Program-made: the position numbers and the translations under genes
Assembly: GCA_951406725.2 (NCBI GenBank)
Contig: OX597815.1
Coordinates: 184,388,001 to 184,452,000 of the forward strand
DNA: 64,000 nt
Source of the DNA: Octopus vulgaris
Lineage: Eukaryota
Direction: 5' to 3'
Shown here: one piece after another, positions 1 through 10,502 of the stretch
How positions within the stretch are numbered: position 1 is the first letter of the stretch
Layout: each line of letters starts with the position of its first letter
Notes under the pieces: model-generated
What the model saw: the letters and a program-made list of their open reading frames with translations, nothing else
What the model was told of the DNA's origin: nothing
The model's database searches: none

Positions 1-747
1 GACCATCTACCTTTAAAACATCAAGAAAGAACATTACAATAAAAGAACGTTGCAATAAAAGCAACTCAGCGTCTGCACAAGAAGTCAGATACGAGTCTAT
101 GAGATGGCAAACGTCATGCATCGTTTTACAGATCAGTTCCGCTGCGGATGCGAATGTCTCTTCAAAAACTGAAGTAAAGAACTTCTACGTATATCTCACA
201 AGTAATCTACATTTTCTTTTATATCCAGGTCACAAATTTGCATTCGTTCATGCTATTAAAGGTGCACTGGGCTTTGTAAATACTAGATTGCATATAAGAC
301 AAGAAATGATTGGTCTTTCCAATATAGAACACAATAAACTGTTTGGCATTCTCCAGACTCTGTCGACTAGAGAAACTGTAAAAGTATCAAATTTTCAGGA
401 TTTCTTGATTTTGAGGCTTTGGTCGAACGCATGCACTCAACACCTTATATGGATCTTTGTCTACGAAATATATTCATATAAATTTGCATGCATCAGATTC
501 TGAATTTCTTTATCATCTGCTTTATGCAACCTATTTCTAATACACTTATGAATGGGTTATTTCGAGATTCAGGAATACAATCAAACGATATCAACTTGGG
601 CAAACGACATGCGATTTGGAGTTATTACATTATTAAAACTGGTTTCAAATTTTAGTACAAGGCCAGCAATTTCAGGGCTTTGCTAAGCCGATTACATCAA
701 CCTGTTCGCCGCCTTTATTTCTTTGTTAAAATTTACTAAACATATTA

Positions 748-970
748 AGGCAGCAAGATGGCGCAATCGTTAACTCGCCGGGCAAAATACTTCACAGCAT
801 TTCGTCCACCTTCGCGGCATTTCGTTCTGAGTTTAAATGCTGCTGGGTCGACTTTGTATTTCATCCTTTCTGGAGTCGATAAAATAGGTACCAGTTAAGT
901 ATTGATATCAATGTAATCGACCTGCTCCCTTCTCCGTAATTGCTGGCCTTGTGCTAAACTTTGAAGCCAA
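748..970 (+). mobile_element. tRNA-derived SINE family A (diverged copy); inverted partial tail at ~640-715
   Basis: Matches the window consensus aggcggcgagctggcagaaacgttagca...gttctgagttcaaattccgccgaggtcgactttgcctttcatcctttcggggtcgataaattaagtaccagtt, with A/B-box-like head. Confidence 0.85.
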
Positions 971-1506
971 TACTATTATGTAAATAATTAGTTGTAGAAC
1001 TAATGTCTCACTGTAAGTTTCTGGTGAGGTTCCGCTGTTGTGCTTAATATACAATACAATTTTCTTACTAATTATTCCGACTTCGAATTTTGCGTGATTA
1101 ACTAATCTATATTTCAGGCAGAAGACGCAATGCTCTTTATGGTTTTGAAATGTAACGTGTACTGCACGCTAGTTAAAATTTCTGATCAATTTTCCAATAT
1201 TTATTTATGATAGTTTTATTCATTATTAATGATATTGCAAGGCGCCTTCATATAGCTTTGCGTTATAATATTATATGTCATTGTGCGACAAAATGTCATT
1301 ATTCTTACTCTGTGAACACTTTTAGTTTCGTTAGAGAAAACTAATGATTCGTTTTTATATATTCTGATGCTGTAAATATCAGGCGTAATATTATTTTTTA
1401 ATATATCAGTGCACTAACGAAACTGCTTTATGCTGGATAGCATAGCTAAGTGGTAGAATTCAAGGTGACTTTGGTCCATCCTTCTTTGGGGAATTTATGT
1501 GTAATA

Positions 1507-1776
1507 TCACAGAGAGAAGCAAGTGGGTGTAACGCTGACTTCAGAATCGTACCAGAAAGATTTCTGGATCATTCTTTTAATTACGCCTTCCACTTTCTCA
1601 GGTATATTTTTCCCGTAGTCCTTTTTCAATGATTGCAAATATTTTATTTGGAGAAAGTGAAATTGAGCAAATCCATCATTAGTAATATAGTCTGCGGATA
1701 TAAAATGTACTGTAGTATTTGGTGAGATATATCGCGGTTCATAATCTACAAAAATATTTCGCATGTTGATGTCATG
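1507..1776 (-). CDS. Putative terminal coding exon of an uncharacterised gene (HDINMRNIFVDYEPRY...VTPTCFSL*)
   Basis: 89 open codons plus TGA in AT-rich non-repeat DNA. Preceded by a pyrimidine-rich acceptor (ttttcatattgcttttgaattttatag), phase 0. Protein-like composition; AATAAA downstream on the minus strand (~1215-1220). Confidence 0.5.
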   Translation of the reverse strand, partial: HDINMRNIFVDYEPRYISPNTTVHFISADYITNDGFAQFHFLQIKYLQSLKKDYGKNIPEKVEGVIKRMIQKSFWYDSEVSVTPTCFSL

Positions 1777-2097
1777 CTATAAAATTCAAAAGCAATATGA
1801 AAAGAATTGGTACATGAAGATTATTCGAATACAGGATACAAGTTGAATTCTTTCCATTTCAAAAGGCTGCCGTGTTTCTTTTCACTTCTAGTAAATTCGG
1901 CAAAATAATTGTGTAGTGGTGAATTTATAAATTAATTAATTATCTGGAAATAAATATCAAAATTATTACTTCTAGTTACGTGTATCATATGCTTATCGTT
2001 GTAAGAAGCAATTTCAAGCATTTTAGTTTAAGGTGGGTTGTTTATCAGGAAAACAAGAAAGATGTATTACAATGAATAAGAATTCATTTTACATTAC

Positions 2098-2144
2098 TTG
2101 CATGAACTTGAGACCCTCCTTATAAAGTCGTTCATAAAAGCCAC
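2098..2144 (-). CDS. Putative 47-nt internal exon (xGFYERLYKEGLKFMQ)
   Basis: AG|GTGGC...ATGCAA|GTAATG. The phase 0 donor fits the 1776 acceptor (321-nt intron); the acceptor is weak. Confidence 0.35.
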
Positions 2145-2771
2145 CTTTTATGAAATATATATATAATGTCGAATGTTTAAGTTTTCACACTTCGTTTACA
2201 TTTTAAAAACCGAGGCTGAAGTAAGCATTGCATACATGCGTAAGTCTTGATTCTTAGATAATTAGACTTTTCTTTTTATTGATTTGGACAAATTTCTTAT
2301 TCCTTAACTATAAACAAACCACTAGATAAACCGGCCGTTATTTACATTGTTAATATAACATGAACTCGAATTACGGGAATCAATAAGCATTTATCTAAAA
2401 TCCCTTTTGGACGTGCCGTTGATTAGGCAATATAATCAGGTTTCGTTCCAAATAAAATACAAATATTTACCCTACATAGAAAAAGTAATTGATTCCATAT
2501 CCCTTGGATAAAATGTTAATTAAATGCATCAATTTCAGAGTATGAGCCAGTAAATAGTTGATGTGTCGGTGTTAGAGAGGTACAATATGACTGTTTTAAC
2601 TTTAATTTATGGAGTATATGCAGCTCTGTTAGATCTAAGTGCCATGTGTGAAGCTCTGCATTTTCTCATACACACTTTCGCACTCATACTGACTCGAGCA
2701 CAACCAAATCGCACACATATATATACACGAGCAGACACACACACAGAAACACGCACACACATATGTACATA

Positions 2772-2992
2772 CACTAGGGGATGCTGAAAAGTACCGGACT
2801 TTGGGTAAAAGAACATACAGGAGAATCTGTTATGAATTTATTTAACATATTCCCCTCCTCCTCAGGTTCACACTCTTATTGCAGCAGTCCTTCCCTTTTT
2901 ATAAGTTCTGTAAAAGAATTCAGAAGGTTGGGTCTCCAACCAGGCCTTTTGGGATACTCTTAAAGCCAGGAACTTTTCAGCACTCCTCCGTA
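2772..2992. mobile_element. Tc1/mariner-type MITE (~220 bp), copy 1
   Basis: Imperfect TIRs ggggatgctgaaaagtaccggactt / aagccaggaacttttcagcactcctccg, TA at the right end; second copy at 12996-13215. Confidence 0.8.
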
Positions 2993-3399
2993 TATATATT
3001 GAACTTACGAGATGTACTTACGTAGAATTTTCATCTGACATCGAGTACTGAAACTAAAGTGATTTTAGCGCGGAAGACATGAGCTAGCTATTCAAACACA
3101 CACACTCACAAAGACCGTCAACTTCGCTCAAACATTTATTTCTAATATGGTATCGGTCTTTGACAATCTTTGTGTCTTGTTGAATGACTAAATGTTTAGA
3201 GAACTTTAGCACGAAAAGGAATATGACAAAAGGTACATTTTAACTACGCTGCAACTGGTTTCGGTTGTCTTAAGACGGCCTTTTTACACCGGAAAAATAA
3301 CTTAAATAAATCAAACTGTCATAATATCAGTTTTGGAAGTTCAAATATTTCCCTTGCAAAAATCCCTTTACTGCTGGTTCCTTCAGTTTATCGTAAGTT

Positions 3400-4070
3400 G
3401 TCAGCAATATTCGATTTATAAAAATCATAACAGGTAGGTCTGTTGGTGGTGGAAGGAGGGACATCGCTTGTAGCCGCAGCAGCTTGAGTTCCAAGTGCCT
3501 TATAACCGTCTTTCATCTATCAACGTGGTATTGGTTTTCAGCAGCTGTCAATCCATAATTGATCTGTAGTTCTGGGAGTGGCCCCAGTAAGAGCTGCATT
3601 ATGTATGGTTGACCATTACTGGTTGTTGCCTCTTTTTCTACGGTATTCTGTAATGAAGAGCATCCCTCTATCAGATTAAAATTTATGTCACATTTGGGTC
3701 TTCATATACTTTGGTGTTGGTTTTGCTGTATTTATTGTATGGAGTTTGGATTCTGTTGGATTCTGAATCTTTTCATGGATTTGGATTTCCATTTACTCTT
3801 TAAGAAGGTGAGTGTTTGGAACATTTGGTCTATCTTAGTTTAATTTTTTTTTTTTTTTCAGTAGAATATAATGTTGTCGGCTTCAATGTTTGTTTTCAGA
3901 ATTGTAGGTGGAGACGTATGTTACGATTCTCAATTTCGATCCATTTCTTTGTGATGGTTATTATCTAAGTACTTAGATAGTGAATTTCTGAGCTTATTGA
4001 ATTCCATTATCGATTAAGGATTGTGAACAATTCCTGTGAAGGCGTTTATCACTCACAGCCTCGAGTCTTA
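3400..4070 (-). mobile_element. Degenerate ORF remnant, possibly the N-terminal region of a Penelope-like element
   Basis: Frameshifted translation MEFNKLRNSLSKYLD / KKWIEIENRNIRLHLQF / LKTNIEADNII resembles the H..FL..C....IIP N-terminal PLE motif; many stops. Confidence 0.25.
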
Positions 4071-4297
4071 TATATGTATATTTAAAACGTAAAATGTGTA
4101 ATGGCATACTTGATGCAGTAAATAAAATAATTTTCATAAATCAAAATTTGTAAAATATCAGGTGAGATGAGGATTTCAACACGGTGACTATTGATTTTCA
4201 GATCTTGCTACATCAGCTGCACAAGCTACCACTTTATTAACTTTTAAACCGGTGAGCGTTTTTCAGCAACTTTTCTTGTTCATGCCAACATTTTGCT

Positions 4298-4525
4298 TCG
4301 CTCCTGGCAGAAACGTTAGCACCCCGGGCGAAATGCGAAGCTGTATTTCGTCTGCCGTTACGTTCTGAGTTCAAATTCCGCCGAAGTCGACTTTGCCCTT
4401 CATCCTTTCGGGGTCGATAAATTAAGTACCAGTTACGCACTGGGGTCGATGTAATCAACTTAATCCGTTTGTCTGTCCTTGTTTGTCCCCTCTGTTTTTA
4501 GCCCCTTGTGGGTAGTAAAGAAACA
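4298..4525 (+). mobile_element. SINE family A
   Basis: Near-consensus copy ending ccccttgtgggtagtaaagaaa. Confidence 0.9.
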
Positions 4526-4681
4526 TATAAATAATACCCTACACACTCCAATAATCATTCCAGAAATGATTTATCCATTAAGCTTCTCTGAGGGTATATT
4601 GTTAAGAACGAAACCTGCCTCCTGCGTAACATAAAATATCACATAAATTTGACTATTTTTTTCATCTCTGTACTAATATAC

Positions 4682-4771
4682 CAGAGTTCAACCCTGGCTT
4701 TTGATGACTGAAAGACATGCTTGCAGTCCCCCGATGTCTGGCAGTTATTTCTATGAAGTAAAGTTCAGAAT
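4682..4771 (-). CDS. Possible 90-nt phase 1-1 exon (xSELYFIEITARHRGTASMSFSHQKPGLNSG)
   Basis: ttttccaag|...ctctg|gtatat, phase-compatible with exon 2098-2144. The antisense frame is also open with splice-like ends (4685-4790), so the call is ambiguous. Confidence 0.2.
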
Positions 4772-5089
4772 CTTGGAAAATAAATTCATGGTATGTGTGG
4801 GCAATAATAAGACAACAGAAGATTTTATAGTGTAGAATAGGTTCCATTACTGCGAGGAGAAAAATGGGCCTGTATCTTTTCAAAGAGTGTAGAAAGAAAA
4901 AGGAAAAAGTAATATGCTTGCTTTAAATCATAAGGGGTGAACGGCGTGACAGCTTTCATATATTCAAATAAATTTATCTGATATATAAACAATAATTCTT
5001 TTACTTATGTGTACAAAACTTCAGAATCACACGCACGTACACACAGACACATATACACACGCACATATATACATACATGCATACACATA

Positions 5090-5446
5090 TACAGGAGTGG
5101 CTGTGTGGTAAGAAGCTTGCTTTTCAACCACTTAGTTTCGAGTTCAGTCCCACCGCCTGGCACCTTGGACAGGTCCCTTCTACTATGGCCTCTAGCCGAC
5201 CAAAGCCTTGTAAGTGGATTTAGTAGATGGAAACTGAAAGAAGCCCGTTTATATGTATGTATGTGTGTATGTTTGTCCTCTCACCATCGCTTGACAGCCG
5301 ATGCTGGTGTGTTTACGTCCCCGTTCGATAAAAGAAACGATAGAACAAGTACTACGTTTACAAAGAAAACGTCCTGAGGTCGATTTGTTCGACTAAAGGT
5401 GGCGGTCCAGCATGGCCACAATCCAAGGACTGAAACAACTAAAAGA
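5090..5446 (+). mobile_element. tRNA-derived SINE family B
   Basis: ggagtggctgtgtggtaag head, accttgg.caag/cagg CORE-like motif, internal microsatellite, tail ggcggt..ccagcatggccaca...gactgaaac. Confidence 0.9.
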
Positions 5447-6179
5447 TTTTATATATATAGTCAATATTTATACAAGTATCGATTTTATAGCTATATATAG
5501 AATGACTATGTTTGTAATATTAACGTTGTATGTTTATTCTTGTCATGCTGAGGCTGAGTAGTAAATAATTTAATGCCTTTGTTTTTTTACAATAAATGGC
5601 GACAACTGGTCCCCTACCAAAAGAATCAAAAGGAAGAAGACAATCATATGTGTTTCGAGTCTTGATTTATATCGCCTTTCAAAAGCTATTGTCCTCCACA
5701 AATAGATTTTCGATACGTTGCTTCTGTCAAAACATGAGATATATTTTCAAATGTTATGCAGTATTCATCAGTTGCCTTCAAACCTATACTCACTCATCCC
5801 GTTTGATATCATTTCTCTAGTCAGTTGGTTAGTTCCTATATATCATATATCCCGCTTTTGTTTTTTTCACACACACATACCAACATGAAAATTTTTAAGT
5901 GATTTTGTCATCCGATCTCCTTGAAATAGCAGCCGCATGTTCCATAAATTATTCTGCAATACCTTAACAAGATGCAATTCCCCGCAGCAATGTATTCGTA
6001 GAGATCACTAAAATCATTGTAATAAGTGGAATAGCTGTCTGCGTAGATCTGTTTGATCAAAATTAATCTTCAATTAAAAAACGCTTGCATATCACACATA
6101 GCACTCACACACGCATACATATATGAAACCTGGTGTTCCTGCTAATTGGTAATGAATTCAGATTAAGTCCTAGTAATAA

Positions 6180-7687
6180 TTTTTACTATAGGACCAATAA
6201 TTTTTAGGAACGGGACACTATTTGTTCAAATAGTAGATATTTCATCGACCCTGAAACAACAAAATGAAAAGTGGGTCCTCACCGGAATTTAAACTTAGAA
6301 CGTAAGTCTGCAACAAATGTCGCTAAATATCCTGTCCAGGGTGCTAACTTTTCTGTAAGCTCGCAGCCTTAAAATTACTCTCCTAATGGTATTTTACTAC
6401 TATAGACGCAGGGCTTGAAATTTTATGGGCGGGAACTATTTGGTTACATCGACTCCATTGTTGGACATGTACTTCTTTTTATCAACCACAGAAGCATCAA
6501 TAGCGAAGTCGACTTCGCCGGAATTTGAATTCAGAGCTTAAAGACAGAAAAGTACCATGAGTACCAAGTGCAAGCTATTCTGGCTGCGCATCCCCTTAAA
6601 ACCTGTTCTAATAATGATTTAAAATTTTTGCCACAAGGGCTGGCTGGAGGAGAGAATTAAGTCGATTGCATTCACCCCAGTGCGTAACTGGTACTTATTT
6701 AATTGACCCTGAAAGGATGAAAGGCAAAGTCGACCTCGGCGGAATTTGAACTCAGAACGTAACGACAGACGAAATACGGCTACGCATTTCGCCCGGCGGG
6801 TAAACGTTTCTACCAGCACATCATCTTAAATTATGTTCCAATAATTCTTTCTGAAGGTGGTGAGCTGGCAGAAACGTTAGCACGCCGGCGAAATGCTTAG
6901 CGGTACTTCGTCTGTTTTTACGTTACGTTCTGAGTTCAAATTCCGCCGAGGTCGACTTTGATTTTCATTACTTTTCGGAGTCGATAAATTAAATAGCAGT
7001 TGCGAACTGGGGGCGATCTAATCGACTTCCTCCACTCCCCAAAAATCTCGGGCCTTGTGCCTAGAGTAGAAAAGAACAATTCTTTCTACTATAAGCACAA
7101 GGCCTGAAATTTGGGGAAAGAGACTAGTGGACTACATCGATCTCAGTGCGTAGCTGGTACTTCATTTATCAACCATGAAAGATAAAGTCGACCTCATTGG
7201 ATTTTGAACTCAGAACGTAGCGGCAGAAGAAATACCTCGAAGCATTTCAACCGGCGTGCTAACAATTCTTATTTCTTTATTGCCCACAATGGGCTAAACA
7301 CAGAGAGGACAAACAAGGACAGACAAACGGATTAAGTCGATTACATCGACCCCAGTGCTTAAATGGTACTTAATTTATCGACCCCGAAAGGATGAAAGGC
7401 ATAGTCAACCTCGGCGGAATTTGATCTAGGAACGTAGCGGCAGACTAAATACCTATTTCTTTACTACCCACAAGGGGCTAAACACAGAGAGGACAAACAA
7501 GGACGGACAAACGGAATAAGTCGATTATATCGACCCCAGTGCGTAACTGGTGCTTATTTAATCGACCCCAAAATTATGAAAGGCAAAGTCGACCTCAGCG
7601 GAATTTGAACTCAGATCGTAGCGGCAAACGAAATACTGCTCAGCATTTTGCCCGGCGTGCTAAAGTTTCTGCCAGCTCACCGCCTTC
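6180..7687. mobile_element. Cluster of ~7 SINE A units in mixed orientation and of different ages
   Basis: Minus units at ~6180-6370, 6390-6560, 6615-6830, 7080-7265, 7266-7455 and 7455-7687; plus unit at 6854-7078. Confidence 0.85.
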
Positions 7688-8216
7688 AATTATGTTCTAA
7701 TATTAACTTCGGAACGCTTCACTGGTATATGTGTAATAACTTACAGTTTAACGAAAAGAAAACGAGACGGAAATGAAAATCTTTGTAGCTACAAAAACAT
7801 AAACTATTGAGGGGATGCAGCAAGGAGGACGGCATATAACTCAATATTCTTCCATTGTACACTCACTGCTCACAGTTGCATAAATTAAATATGGTAATCA
7901 CTTCGGCTATGCCCAGTTGCATAAGATTAAATATAATCGGTGTGCTTCAATTAGCTGAACATATACAAATTAACATTTAAATATATCTCTAGCTGCAGTG
8001 ATGTAAGAATGCACACGAACTACATTTTTCTTTTCTTTTTTTTTTAAAGCAATTGTAACTCTATGCCGTTGTTATCTTTATTGGAATTCAATTTGAATTC
8101 ATCACAACCTATAGTTTAAGATCACGAACGCTATAATTAACTGTTTTAGAGATTATTTCTGTCTGACCATAGTCTATAGACGCGAGACATATGAAAAGGG
8201 AGATATGATTCTTAGC

Positions 8217-8269
<53 letters not shown>

Positions 8270-8374
8270 GTGTGTGCGTGCGCGTGTGTGCCTGTGGCTG
8301 CATCTGCGTGTGTATGCGTATATATACATATGCATGCGTGTGTGTGCGTGTATATATATATATATATATATATT

Positions 8375-8538
8375 TTCCTCTGTCTTCCTTTCTCTGGATC
8401 TTTCCTTCTCCTATGTTTCCGATGAAGAGCTCCGCTCGAAACGTTAAACCCTCATTCTTTCCTGAGCGTCCAATAATACTATATTTGTTCCACGTCCTCG
8501 CGTTGTTTTGTTTTTTTTGTGTTTTCTTGTTTGGATTA

Positions 8539-8542
<4 letters not shown>
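8375..8542 (+). mobile_element. Short (TA)n-flanked element, probably derived from a Penelope pLTR, with a minimal hammerhead
   Basis: Bounded by (TA)n on both sides; related copies at ~16335-16385, 40850-41000, 48670-48828 and 52120-52275. Confidence 0.65.
8415..8449 (+). ncRNA. Minimal type I hammerhead ribozyme motif (U4C core variant)
   Basis: GTTT-CCGATGA-A-GAGC tcc GCTC-GAAA-CG-TT-AAAC: stems I and II pair, stem III is a loopless palindrome, cleavage triplet GUU. Confidence 0.6.
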
Positions 8543-8569
<27 letters not shown>

Positions 8570-8582
<13 letters not shown>

Positions 8583-8700
8583 TGCATATGAAAATGTGTA
8601 TATACAGATGTATATACTTATATATATGCGTGCAGATGAACATGTGTATATACAGATGTATATACTTATATATATGTGTGCATATATATGCATGCATATA
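8570..8700. repeat. ~48-bp minisatellite (~2.3 units) in TA-rich DNA
   Basis: atatatgcgtgca.atgaa.atgtgtatatacagatgtatatactt repeated. Confidence 0.8.
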
Positions 8701-8909
8701 TACATGTACACACACATGACTTAGATTGGTTTCGGCCATTATCGGCCCAGGCCATGACTAACTCAATAAATACCACCATCTGTATGTATATATTCACACT
8801 TTAGATTAGTTGAAATCTGTTTGCCACATATTTCAACTGCTAAGTGCATATACACTGCACTTACAATGGAGAAAATATCTCTCTTATGTTAAAAAGGTGT
8901 GAAAAGACC

Positions 8910-9227
8910 AAGCTCGTTCAGTGTCGCCCTCTGTCGGGAATCTGAGACATCGATGTTTCGTGTTTGTTGACTCTTGTCAAACAGATGTACCCGAGAAGGG
9001 TAACCCCGAACGAACTAACAATGCACATAGCTTTATATATAATTTAGCCAACACATTGACTGATTTGCGCTAGTAGATCGCCCGATCACTGAATTTGTAT
9101 ATAAAGCTATAATCTTTGTCAGTTCGTTAAGGGTTGCCCCTCTTAGGTACATCTGATTGATAAGAGTCAACAAACTCGAAACCTCGATGTCTCAGAATCC
9201 CGAGAGAAGGCGACACTGAACGAAGTT
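8910..9227. repeat. Foldback element, ~130-bp imperfect inverted arms
   Basis: cgttcagtgtcgcc...tgagacatcga...gactctt...agatgtacc...atagctttatata mirrors tatataaagctat...ggtacatct...aagagtc...tcgatgtctca...ggcgacactgaacg. Confidence 0.9.
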
Positions 9228-9499
9228 TATCAGTAGGTGTTATGATGAAATAAACAGTAAAAGGAGGAGGAAAACCTCTGTATCGGAGCTTAACATAAAG
9301 AGTTGATGAGTTAAAATTTTGCAAGTTTTTCATGCAATCATTACATAGGGAGATTGAAAGAAAATGATCGGCAAGTGAGACGAGGTTTCAGATGCTAGTT
9401 TTAAAAGCGATTTTATCGTGAATATATATATATATATAGTGATCCCTCCTGATACTCTAGAGTATATTTTGAGAGTAAATTTTATATATAAGCACACAC

Positions 9500-9530
<31 letters not shown>

Positions 9531-9534
9531 TTCT

Positions 9535-9680
9535 TTTATGTTTGTCATATGACTGCGGCCATACTGGAGCACCGATGCCAGGACTTATTCTTTGTGAGTC
9601 TAGTACATATTCCCTCGGTTCTTTTGCACACGAGCATCGGTTGTCAAGCGATTTTGGGGTGACAAATACAGACACAGAAA

Positions 9681-9723
<43 letters not shown>

Positions 9724-9883
9724 GGCAAGCTTCTTTCAGTTTCCGTCTACCAAATTTACACAGAAGACTTTGGCCGGCCCGAGGCTATAGTAGAAGACAC
9801 TTACCCAAGTGCTATGTAGTGGGACTGAACCTAGAACCATGTGGCTTATAAGCTACCTACTTACCACAAAGCCACTCCTACGC
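9535..9883 (-). mobile_element. SINE family B (internally deleted)
   Basis: Reverse complement of the family B head, microsatellite and tail. Confidence 0.85.
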
Positions 9884-9948
9884 ATATATATACATATACA
9901 TTAATAAATGTGTGTGCATATATATATATATACATATGTATGTATGTT

Positions 9949-9992
<44 letters not shown>

Positions 9993-10458
9993 TACACGTA
10001 AGTGTGTGAGTATATGTGTACACTGTCTTCCGTGATGATTGCTGATATGCTGGAAGCATAGGCTAAAATAACCGGATATTTATTCTACCGATGTCAATCA
10101 ATAGATAGTAGACACAATTATAGTAGGCGATGTAAACACCTGAAATTCTAAGAGACTCTGCAGGAGCATGGCCACAGGCTGCAATCCTGTAACTCATCTG
10201 AGTAAAATAAATATGGCAGAAGAAAGAACTTTGTATGAAAACCGTTTTATTTTTGTCATGTTACTTGCATTCTATGATATAGTTCTATATTTATATTTAT
10301 ATTGATCGAAGTGTAAAGCGGTACATCCGTACTCTATTTAAATAACGTACATATTTTCAGTGTTAAAAATGAAATCAAACACACTCCGAAAGACTCCTAC
10401 GCACAAACAAGAAATACAAGAGAATGTGGAAAAAAAAGAAAAAATATGTATGTGTGTG

Positions 10459-10493
<35 letters not shown>

Positions 10494-10502
10494 GTATATG
10501 TA

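Noticed and set aside
99-503. 134-aa plus-strand ORF
   Set aside because: No recognisable motif or splice context; I cannot distinguish it from chance or UTR sequence
1744-1776. HDINMRNIFVD as a kinase catalytic loop, and C-terminal CFSL as a CaaX box
   Set aside because: The best upstream exon gives QHD rather than HxD and there is no DFG; CFSL is a weak CaaX and conflicts with the possible signal peptide
4685-4790. Plus-strand exon candidate (VQPWLLMTERH...ENKFM|gtatgt)
   Set aside because: No compatible plus-strand partner exons found; it is the antisense frame of the minus candidate, so it remains unresolved
8109-8739. Long YIYI/CVCV ORFs here and at 29030-29619, 20436-20849, 52276-52596, 57956-58408 and 59371-59660
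   Set aside because: Stop-free translations of (TA)n/(CA)n microsatellites
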